From positions 6,444,587 through 6,508,586 of the forward strand of contig CM120648.1 of assembly GCA_051362555.1 (NCBI GenBank): a stretch of 64,000 nucleotides of DNA, in the 5' to 3' direction. This document shows, one piece after another, positions 43,160 to 54,074 of this stretch. Numbering within the stretch: position 1 is the first letter of the stretch; every line of letters starts with the position of its first letter. The DNA is from Lingula anatina (Eukaryota > Animalia > Brachiopoda). The translations under genes were made by a program, and so were the position numbers. The notes beneath the pieces are model-generated. The model searched no databases. It saw only the letters and a list, made by a program, of their open reading frames with translations, and was not told the DNA's origin.

Positions 43160-43308
43160 ATCCTTGAAGCCATAGATGAGCCAAACTGTAGGAGGCTGGA
43201 GCAGCCAGACTGTTGCCCCAAGGAGTTCTACGGGCTGATGTTGAAGTGCTGGGAGAATGATCCTGGCAGGAGACCCACCTTCCTGGAGATAGCTGCCATG
43301 TTACCACA

Positions 43309-43309
<1 letters not shown>
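43160..43309 (+). CDS. Ack-like: PR2/Ack-like coding exon 8, kinase C-lobe end
   Basis: ctttacAG| ILEAIDEPNCRRLEQPDCCPKEFYGLMLKCWENDPGRRPTFLEIAAMLPQ |GTGAGA. Confidence 0.95.
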
Positions 43310-43310
<1 letters not shown>

Positions 43311-43361
<51 letters not shown>

Positions 43362-43366
43362 TGAAG

Positions 43367-43400
<34 letters not shown>

Positions 43401-43445
43401 AAGGAGGGAGAAAAAGATAAGAGGGGGTGGAGTAGGAAGAGTGAG

Positions 43446-43489
<44 letters not shown>

Positions 43490-43545
43490 AGAGTGAAAGA
43501 GGAGAGAGGGAGAGTTAGAATGAGATGAGAGAGGGGGGGGTGGGG
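43311..43545. repeat. (GA)n and purine-rich low-complexity tract
   Basis: Begins within the exon 8 donor (GTGAGAGAGA...). Confidence 0.9.
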
Positions 43546-43887
43546 GGTGAAGGAGGAATATAATTGTTTTATGTTTTATTATTTTTAATATGCTTATAGA
43601 ACAAAAGATAACTGATAAAATTTCTCAAAAACAAATAAATGAGTAAATAAAAAAAACAGAAAAATTATAATTGATAATCAGAAACTATTGTCATAAAAGA
43701 AAGAAAATAGGATACTCAATTAAAATTCCTTGTTCAGTCAGAATCAACCTCCCGCTGATAAAAAAAACCTTACAAACACAAATATAGATCATTCATATGA
43801 TTCCTCCCATATTATAACCATCATTTATTCCTCTTTATAGCAGGATAATTACTACCATTAATATGATTAATCTCTGAATTCATCTAG

Positions 43888-43988
43888 ATCCAGCCAACCA
43901 CTATGACAGCAGAGAGGGACAGCTCCAATACGGGAAAAGACTTCCTGGTGTACAGTGAAGGAGACGTGGTGACGGTACTGGACAGAAA
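43888..43988 (+). CDS. Ack-like: PR2/Ack-like coding exon 9, SH3 N-half
   Basis: tctAG| IQPTTMTAERDSSNTGKDFLVYSEGDVVTVLDR(K) |GTAAGG, phase 2; L.Y..GD.V.VL SH3 pattern. Confidence 0.88.
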
Positions 43989-44464
43989 GTAAGGAAATAT
44001 TTCTTTCCTGATTTCTTTGTTTTTATCGAATTTCATGTTCTGGTGGCTATGGTTTCTAAGAATGTCTGTCAGAAAAGAATGGTGTCAAAAGTGGGCTACA
44101 GTTGACTTGAAGTAGAATAATTCTCTTCCTCCTCAGTGTCACATTCTAGATATGCAGGCCTGGAAATGTGTCAGATGAATTTCTTTTAAAGAAAAAAATA
44201 AAGGAGGAAATATTAAGAGAATACAGGCAAAGTCAAAATGTATGTCTGAACAAATGACAAGTATGATGTTCATTGTGCTCTGTGTTTCTACATTCATTGA
44301 AGTGCTACTGTGTTTGTATGTTTTGAATAGAGCAGCACTTTGATCACTTTGGTTAGACTTAAAACACCTCCAAATGCATCTATTAGCTTTTCAGCAAATG
44401 AATGATAAACAGTTAATTTCTCCATAACCTGTTTAAAAAAAATAAGTGCAACTTGACTGTGACT

Positions 44465-45196
44465 CTACGTCAAGGGTGACCATGGGCATGGAAACAGCAG
44501 CTGAGAATGCTCTGGGACAGGTTTTACTTTCTCACTCGATTTTTCTTGCCACGCCAGAAAATCGTCAGGGTCTTTACACTGCCACATTAGATATGCGGTA
44601 TCTCTCGGGCCAAGAATACTTGACCAGCCCCCAACCAGCTTGATATTGGTCCCAGCCTGCAAACTGTGCAGCTCAGTAGTCAGAGTGATCATACTGGACC
44701 TACTGTGGTTGTACCTCTGCAGGAAATAGAGGTTGCCTTTATTATCCTGATCTAGATCTCCATCTGGTCCTGCGATGGCCCTGGTGAGCATGTTGTCCTG
44801 TTTCCACCACATGGAGATGACTCGGCTGATGTACTGAGACAGCCACTCGGGGTCGCTGGCGAGGGAGGTGCGCACTTGGCCACGGTGCTTTAAACTGTCG
44901 TATTCCCAGATGTGCACCACCTGGTTCATCCCCCCTATTTCAGATGTCCAAAATCCAATCAACTTGGAAGCTTTTAGTCTTATGTGTAATTTTTCTTCAG
45001 AGATGGCCATGAACTCCTTCATGTCTTTGGGGTATAAACTGTATGTGCGTATTTCGTAGACTTTATCAGTAGAATATTGTCGATATTGTCGACTGCTGCT
45101 GCTGACACCCAAAATGGAAAGATTAAACGCTTTTCCATTTACTGCTTCCTTGAGGCTTGGTGACCAAAGAATTCCTGCAAGTGCTCTTGCTGCCAT
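44465..45196 (-). CDS. NIPSNAP3A: NIPSNAP family protein (NIPSNAP3-like), intronless CDS of 243 aa, nested antisense gene
   Basis: First ATG at 45196 (the track starts at an upstream TTG). Basic/Ser-rich mitochondrial presequence-like N-terminus; NIPSNAP motifs VYEIRTY.L.P, LIGFWTSEIGGMNQVVHIWEYDS..HR..VR; C-terminus LLFPCPWSPLT. Subfamily call is from memory. Confidence 0.92.
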   Translation of the reverse strand: MAARALAGILWSPSLKEAVNGKAFNLSILGVSSSSRQYRQYSTDKVYEIRTYSLYPKDMKEFMAISEEKLHIRLKASKLIGFWTSEIGGMNQVVHIWEYDSLKHRGQVRTSLASDPEWLSQYISRVISMWWKQDNMLTRAIAGPDGDLDQDNKGNLYFLQRYNHSRSSMITLTTELHSLQAGTNIKLVGGWSSILGPRDTAYLMWQCKDPDDFLAWQEKSSEKVKPVPEHSQLLFPCPWSPLT

Positions 45197-47136
45197 CTTT
45201 GCCAACACAACCTAATACTCAGAATGCTCTCCTGTGTGCTACATATACACACCACATGTACATGTGCAGGGGACAGGCAGGTAACACCAGACCTCAATAC
45301 TTATACTCCATAGGGCACTGGAAGATAGAACCTATGGCCCAGACTATGGATAAATAAATGTGACATTCAAGGACTTGAGATGACTTCCTTTGTCCAGGGC
45401 ACTATAATTATATGGTGGCTGATCTTCAGGAATTTTCTGTTATGTAATTTCTACCTGCTCCCTGCATACACTGCACCAGGTATAATGTAAAGTTAACATA
45501 TTTAAGTCAGAAGTGGGGAGTGGGGGGGGGATGGGGGGGGGGGCTTTGGGTCAGAAAATTTGTTCTGAATCAAAATTTAATATAGGTTCTATATGCCATT
45601 TCTCAAGTTGGGTCGACTTAGAGGTAACAAGATCCAATTTTTCAGAATGAGGAAATAACTGGCTACAGACCTACTATGTGGATTTTAGTAGTGGAATAAT
45701 TTTATGTTTTAGATGTAAAAAATACTTGGTGTTAATGCATCATCTGTATGGATTAATTATAGTGTGTCATGCAGATTTAAGATTGTTTGTTGCATCAGCA
45801 AATCTGAACACAATTTGAATTTAGATGTTATGGGAAAGTTAGGTTTCCTTATCCACAATTTCGTTGGAGTTTTGAATTTAATATCTGGCTTATTAATGAA
45901 ATAACACAGTTTCACCTATTTTTTTTTATCTAAGTTGGGCCCTTTGTGAATGCATCCTTACCTCTCTCTGCCTCAGCAGTCATATACTGACTACAAACCA
46001 AATGTGGAAGATGATAGATAACAAAAAGTGGTCAGAACAATTTGTATGTAGTGGAGCTAGCCAGGCACCTCATGTTGGTCTTATGTAAATTTCCAAACAA
46101 GATTTGGATGTCCAGTCAGAAAGTCAGCACAGCAGCCACATATAAAACAACAACAGTGTTTTGATGGTGTCAAGACACCGTAGCCTATGAAAATATCCAA
46201 ACAACACAAAGCAGGTTAGAATTCAAGAGATTACACGCAGCATTGAGGTTATAGCAGGCAGTGGGTTGCAGTTTAGGAGATAAATTAGCTGTGGAAGGTA
46301 TGACATATTTTACAAATAAACAAGGGTGAGGAATTGTTTGTAGAATTAAGGTAAGGGGTTGTTTTGGCCACCACTTTGGTCACAGTGTTGTCCAGTTTAG
46401 TGGACAGGAGCTGGTCGGAAGTTAATTATGATGTAACAGTTAAGATTACTGAAGCCGTCTAGACGAAGTGATTGCTCAGATAATTAGATTGACAGGTACG
46501 ATAGGGTGTAGAATCTGAGTAGCCACTGGAATTTTAGAACATTTCAGAAACATTTGATTTTAACAGTGACCTCAAACTTCTTGAATTAATTTAAAAAAAA
46601 TTTAATACATAACTTTTATATATAGTACAGCATTACAGATCAAGACTTTTTTTAATATTGATTGAATGCCAAACAAGTTTTTGCTTTTTGTACAAAAGTT
46701 TTGAAATTTATTAATTTATATATTTATGATTCTTTCAATCAAATTCAAATTTATCTATTCCTTCATTCAAGTGTTTGTCTATTCATTTATTTATCATTTA
46801 CTTAATGATAAGTCAATCAATCAAATAGATTTATCCATTGTTCATTCAGTTGTTTATTTATTTGTTTGTTTGTTTATAATTTTAAAACCAGTTAGAACCA
46901 GTCTTAGATCCATATATTCTGGTGTAGGTACTGCTAAGTCTTGTTGTGTGTGTGTATGACCTCAACACTCAAAAGCACCTTTACAACTGTACATGTACAG
47001 GGTACAGGCAGTGAAATAGTGTGGTGACTGCCCCCCTTTGTTTTCATAAACCAAGTCCCTGGCTTGATGTGTTTACCTGGCTTTATTTTACCTGTTATAG
47101 ATCACTGGAGTTAACCTAGGGGACAAACAACCCCTG

Positions 47137-47195
47137 TCACCTGTAATATTACTGAACAATACTCACCTGTAATATTACTGAACAATACTCACCTG
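47137..47195 (-). repeat. 26-bp tandem repeat (2.3 units) carrying minus-strand consensus donors CAG|GTGAGT
   Basis: + strand TCACCTGTAATATTACTGAACAATAC x2 + TCACCTG; candidate donor of a NIPSNAP 5'UTR exon. Confidence 0.8.
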
Positions 47196-49630
47196 GCGTA
47201 AATACATGTGAATTCAGAAACGCGCAGGAGTAAACAAATAAATATTAAGGGTTTTTAAAGAGTGTGATAAAAGGAAAATTTGAGTCTTTGTTTAAGGTGG
47301 AAAGATGCCCATAGGAAATGCAATTAACCTCTTTGAAATTTCTTTTGAAGAGATATTAGAGTTGAAGCTCCAGGGAGACTGTGATCATAATGGTGTGGAG
47401 GGAGATTTGTGGTTGAGTTAAAGTCTTGTTGAAAGGAGAGTTTTTCATGTGTGAGTGACTAGCTTTTTGCCCGTCTGCTGCAAGAAGAGAAAGAGAGAAA
47501 GAGAATTTTGCATAAACCTTATATGTGTATGAATGAATGCCCATGCAAGCACACGACATCAGTGGCAGTAGGAATTATAGTAAAAAAAAAAGAAATTATA
47601 ACATTTGAGAGGTTCATAGATATGATACATAACTGTGTATATATGCATGCATGCATGGAACACATACACGCATGCATGCATGCACGCACACACACACGTA
47701 CACACACACACACACACACACACAGACACACACACACACACACACCAGTTCACACCACACTGCACACATTTCAGCACGTGGCCCGCAGGCTGAGTCACCA
47801 GCCATACACAATGCATCAAATATATTTACACTTCCAGTATGAGTCAGTGAAGGCCGAGTACAGTACACAGGCCCTCATTTGATACTTTGTACTGGGGGGC
47901 TTAGCCTTTTATACTGTAATCTCTGGAATGCTGTGGAATGAATAATGTTAGCACAGGGACTTAACCACATTACACTTAGTACCAATCTACAGGACGGAGG
48001 ACGGGAACGGGACTCTCCCGGAAGTGAAATAACGCCACACTGTGTGGACAGAGTAGAGTGACCAGTTACTGCTTAATTAGTTACTGACCATCTTGGTCAT
48101 TTTTCTGACCTGTTTGACCAGTGGATTAGATCTAGGATACTGAAAGGAAACACAGGATATTCAGGAAGGGTTTTGTAGTTTAAAAGGTGGGTTATTTTTG
48201 TTTCACTTTTGTTATGAGTTCTGTTGAAAAAAAATGGGATGTAGGATTAGTGCTGGAGTTGATCTACGGTACAAGGACTGATAAGACTTAAGGTTTGGGA
48301 GGGGAATTGGTCAGTTTTTGTGGCCCAAAGTTAACATGCTGATTATTTCACCTATGCAGTTCATATTGGTGGGAAAGAAAAAATGCTTTGGGAGTTGTTA
48401 GGACCAGAAATCAGGACTTACTCTAACATATGGCCAGTCCCTTGCCATGGTAGTAAACATTCTGTCCTAACCTCAGGGCAGCTATTATATCTAGTGAAGA
48501 TATTACCACTTTTGTCACATTTTGTGTAATATTTGCATAATTTTGACTTGCTCCTTATATATTTTGGCAGTTTTATATTATCATACCCTCTAATATGAAA
48601 AGAAAAACATTAAAGAGATAGTGATATAAAACAGTTAAATTATGAATCGGTACATAATTTTATTTCCAATAAATCAGTGAGTCCAATGTCTGTCTAAGAA
48701 CATCACTACAGAACTAAAATTTGCCACTGATTCTGAGGGTCAACAGTATGCATTATGAGAGTTGTAAACTATAAAGTTGAAGTATATTTTGACCCACGTG
48801 GTCAATATAAACTACAGAGGTCCAGGGGCCAGTGTCTGACCTATGTGACCTGCAGTATGGCCAGATAGTGACCAGTTCAGATATATCAGATTGATGATGA
48901 CCAGCAGGAGAGCCCCCTGTGGACCTCGGGGCTCATCCCCAATGGAACTGTCGGTCTATATAGGACGATTCAGCTCTGTTGGGACTCAGATTAACAGATT
49001 GACGCACATCCTCTTGTTTTTAACATTCTCACAGAATCATCAGCTTTTCTGGATTCTATGCAATTTTGTTAATTGGTGTTAATCTGCTTATCTGATTGTA
49101 TTCAGCAAAAGTCCCCGCAGAGTTGGATCGATTTATGAAGACCACTTTTAAAATGGGAATGAGGCCTTACTGTTTTAAAACTCAAGACGTTGTGACCATA
49201 AAGATTATGACTGCAGTTGTTTTGAGCACAAATTGGGAAAAACATGCATGTTTCACCCTGTGGAAAGAATTCCTGAGCCCCTTCTTATTCCACACTTTAA
49301 TGTGCCATTTACAATTCTGAGCCATGAATTCTTACTTTATACCTTACCATACTGGACTTATGGCAGCATGCACTTGTACGGTAACTGTTCAGGAAAATTG
49401 AACGAAATAAGTTAATGAACTATTTTCTCCTCTGCAATATTTTTCTAGTCATAACTGAAACAGTTAATGTGTGATTGAGTATTTTGTTGAGAAAAAAAAA
49501 ACTTACTAAACAGGTCTTAAAAAGTTTGATATTAAAACAATTATTGTGGTGTGTGAAATTATCCAGTAATACCATAACAGTACGTAATTTATTAGTATAG
49601 TTTTGGCACATGTTCTGATGCATTGTGTGT

Positions 49631-50929
49631 CAGTGTTTCCCCTGGCTTTCAAGCTCTGCGAGGTGGTAGGCAATCCGCGATCCCAGCAATACTAGGGGGG
49701 TCCGGGGGCATGCCCCCCCGGAAAATTTTTTTAGTCGAGGTGCAATTTGGTGCATTTTAGGGTATTTAGAACTGATTTTTTTTTACATTTTATGTGGCAC
49801 TGAATTGTCTTGTTTTAGATGTTTTGAGGAGTAAATTCAGTAATGACATAACAAAGGTTTGGACAAAATTTATTTTCCAGTATGCATTCACTCAGTTTAG
49901 TCCTTTTCAGTTTATAGAACATACTCTTTCAAGAAAAAAAAAAGTTAGTACTTTCAAAAAAAAAAAGTTAATACTTACAAGAAACAAGAAAAAGGGCTTA
50001 CTACATTGAATTATTTTCAAATTGACCAAAAAGTTGATAAAATATGTTGTTCTTACCGTTTTCACATTTCTGAAAGTAACTGGTCAATTGACTTTGCGTG
50101 TGGGAGCGCTTCATCCTAATATAAAACTGCTTCAAAAAGTTCTCTCCCTTAATTGTCGTTCAGCGCAATTGTCGCTCCCGCTACTAGTTACAGGCCTACG
50201 TAGTTTGAGATGTAATTTATAATCAACAACTTCAAACACCGTTAAATGAATTCTTCGGAATTAAAGAGATGACACTTATCATCAATTTTAGTTCTTCGTT
50301 TATTCATTTATATGGTTCTATTCGGTCATGGGAATTCATATTCAATGCATAGGTTTCCACGCGAAATACTGACGTGACCCAGTTTTACAACGCTACTGCT
50401 TTCACAAAACTTACCCGTAAATCAATAGAAAATCTTCTCCAAGTTTATAAAAACAACGAAGGCCACTTTATTTGCTCCTTTTTTATCAGTGAATATTCGT
50501 AAACTATAAAAACAAACAACAGGCAGTCTGAATTTCGGAACATGAAGTGACAGAGAAAGTGTATTCTTGACACGTGATTAAATGGTGTCAAGAACAGTTG
50601 CCTCGTTTCGCTGCGTCTCTCATACTTCACAGAACTGCGAAAACGAGGCACTTACAGGGAGATAGTAACTGCTTGTTATTTTTAGGCAAACGCGCATGCG
50701 TACTTCCGTTACTGCTAAATCAAGTGCTCAGAAGCATGGGATTACGTATGTAAACAGAAAATGCCATATTTGCTTAGAAATAAATATAATTTTCAGTTAG
50801 CATGAGTGAAAATATACTTTGTCGTTCCATTCAGCCCAACGAGGCGGTGCTTTTGACAAATTTCAGCGAGGCGCTTGCAAATTTCAGCGAGGCGGGCGCC
50901 TCGCTCATTTAAGTGCAGGGGAAACACTG
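49631..50929. mobile_element. 1.3-kb non-autonomous hAT-like DNA transposon
   Basis: Perfect 14-bp TIRs CAGTGTTTCCCCTG / CAGGGGAAACACTG; TGTGT on both flanks; subterminal GGGGGTCCGGGGGCATGCCCCCCCGGAAAATTTT motif and repeated GCGAGGCG; CpG-rich interior; no transposase ORF. Confidence 0.88.
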
Positions 50930-53858
50930 TGTGTAATACATTAACAACACACTTTCTTCTACTTGATCAAGTGATGGCCCTCTCAGACACTGCACAGAGG
51001 GATATTAAAGAGACGGGACATTCAAAAAGTGAACATGCATTTGAGTCTTGTCAGTGACGCACACAGTTTCTGTAACGTTTGCATAATTGTTTTCACCCTT
51101 TTTGATTTCAGTTAATTTTTTTTCTGTATTGCAGTGTACTTTAGTAAAAAACAGCAGAAATAATTTTGCAGCTCAATTAAAATTATATCAATATTATATG
51201 AAATGGGACATTACCAAATATTGACCTTTTATTTATGACCCAGCAAGGACTTGATAGAAAGTAATATAGAGAACGAAGCATGCTGTATAATATTTAGTCC
51301 TTCCTTAACATGAGCCTTACTAGCTGTATAGGCTGAAATATGGAATATTCATTTGATTTATTTTCCCACTATCACATTTTACAATGACTTTGACCCACAT
51401 AGTATAATGTACATACATTTATAATGCAGTCATATATAGCAGTGATAGGGGGTTTAAAAGATACTCACAGAGAACCTGGATATGTAGTAGGTAGGTTAGC
51501 TAAGGTGACTGACTGGTGGGTGATTGAATTTATATCTGAGTCCTTTCTTTTCATCATTACTGGTACCTGTGCCAAGGAAGATAGTGTTTTTACCTCGTTG
51601 GTTTGTGAGTTAATGGCTTAACTTGAAAAGTTCTGGGCAGATTTGAAATCATTTTCGGGATAGGTCAGGAACGGACCAACTTAAAATTGCTGAGATAGAA
51701 TAGATTGAAAACCAAAAGTGAAGGTTAAATGAGACAAATTTTATCAGGGGAAAACACAGGTGACCTGGAGGTATTCTGTCCACATTCTTTCCCCCCTCAT
51801 CAACCATAGAGAGTCATCTGTCATTAGTGTCTAGAGTGATGACAGAGAAGAGGAGATGTGTGGTGGACAGGTGGAGCCAGGGATTACCCGCTGTCTCTGG
51901 GTAAATAATAGGGGATGGGGCCTGGACACGGGACACTGGGCAAGTTCTCACTGGGCTCAGGCAGAGCGAGCAGTGCCGATCCAGATGACCAAACTATTGG
52001 TTTTATGAATTATGTTTGCTCTGATGTTCATTCATGTACATAATTATGAAGCAATTCTGAGCTTGAACAAAAAGAAGGAAATTTGTTGTAAATGTGAAAG
52101 TTTGATCAGAAAGGTGTGATTAAAACCTGTATTTTCTTTGTGATTGAGTAAAATACAGTGTGAACTGGGGTTTTGCAGATGAGATTGGGAGATGTGGGCC
52201 ATGGGAGGGGGGGGGGAGGAAGAGAGAGAGATGCAGGATGAAGGGGATGAAGTAGTTAGTGTTTTTGCATAAACTAGAAATTGTGTCATTTGATGTCTCC
52301 ACATGAGCATGCTGATCTACCTGAGATAATGTCCCGTTCTGCGAGGCAATGACATTCACTTTCATTTGACTAACTGTCTCATTACACCAAATATCATGTC
52401 GTAGATAAGTTAACGTTGGTTTAGATAACACCTTACCTTGTTTAAACTGACCCATATACCAAGACATCCCCCACAGGATGAGGGGGGCGGGGCAGGTGAC
52501 AGGAAACGAGGGAGTGACATCTAATGTGGTGTCATCCTGATATATTACACCCAGTAGACAACATCACTGTTCTAGTATGCTGTAACACAGAGTAAGGTGA
52601 GGGTTTACAGCTAGGGAAATATATAGACTAAAAATTCAGCTGAATGATATTTGATATATTGTAACAATATTTTATAAACAGTCCTACATGAAGAATATAT
52701 GCTGAACTTTATTGGTACCAGTTAAGGTTGTTCACAGGGATATATCAGGTATGGATTTGTGAAGAATATCCATACAGGATTATAATAGTACTTGTACAGC
52801 TATCATGGAACTCCTGGGCATCATAAAAAAAGAGGGTGTCTTTAAGTGGTGCTATATTTAACAGTACATGTAGTGTCACTCTGAACATATTCAATTCACT
52901 TTAAAGCACTATAAAGGCAGCTAAAGGAAAATTTCAAATTTTTGGAGACCTTACATCTAAATCCTTCTTTGTAGAGTAATTCAGTGACTTTTTATTCTAA
53001 TTTTTTTCCTACAAAGTTCCTAGCACATTTCTACGACAATATACATTGTGTTATCTTTATAGTAGCCTTATATAGTAGTGCAAACTGGATAGGTAGGGCA
53101 CTGAGTCTGAGGTGAAGAACTCTCGTGTCAGGTTGGTGACTGTGGTCTTCATCAGGACATGTGGACACCACTCCTCGTTCTCATCTTAAAACAGGATGTT
53201 TATCTGTGAAAACATTGAGACACATTTGCTGGTAGAAATTGTTGGTCTCCTGTGTGACCTTCACAGTTAACTAGCACTAGTAGGTGGTTTGGAAATTGGT
53301 GTTTTGACTGCAAAGTGAAATGTTTCTGTTTTGAGTGGAATATTATAAGCAGTGGAAGGTGCGGTTTGTATGGCAAGTTAAGGATTTGTAAGTACTTAGA
53401 GTGAAAAAGAGAGAGAGAAAGAAAGAGATGGAGGAAAGGGAGAGAGAGAGAGAGAGAGAGAGTAAATGCTGGAAGGAGAGAAGAAAGATACCAATATCAC
53501 AAAGATGATATCAAGTTGGAAGTATATAGCTCTGAAGGACAAATGTTCACACCCCACTGAATATTATAAAATAGTACCAAACAAGGCATGGAATTCTCTG
53601 TACATCTCAGCTCAGGTGAGCTCTATAAGGCTGCAGTTGAGCAGTCCCATTGTTCAGGTAGACTTATCACAGAGAACACCACCTTTAGCTTGGTGTCTCA
53701 CTGCTCACAAGAACACTGTAGGCTGAGAGGTGGTCTTAACTGTTAGACTGGAAGTTTTAGTCGACTACTTTATTTTAGGGACAAATTTTTTGTCGTCTAC
53801 TAAACTAGAGTAACTAGTTAGCTAAAGTCATAGATTTACAAAAATGCTGCCTATCCTA

Positions 53859-54074
53859 GGCTCTGTTCTCACAACTTTTAGATCGATCTATCACCGCGGG
53901 GAGTCTCACTAGATTACTGTCAGATAATCCCCCTTAAGTGTCCGTCCCCGCCTACTACAAGCTTTAAGGGGTAATTAACTTTCGTGTCCGCCCGGCTGAC
54001 AGCTATTTAGCGTGAACCCCCAGGGAGTTAGGTCGATCCAATGTAGGTCGATCTAATCTATGAGAATGGGGTGC
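53859..54074. mobile_element. Diverged palindromic MITE, Harbinger-like ends
   Basis: GGCTCTGTTCTCACA..TAGATCGATCTA at left vs TAGGTCGATCTAATCTATGAGAATGGGGTGC at right, with further internal inverted similarity. Confidence 0.6.

Noticed and set aside
45197-45208. MLAK N-terminal extension of NIPSNAP in the ORF track
   Set aside because: Starts at TTG under bacterial rules; the first ATG, with A at -3, is at 45196.
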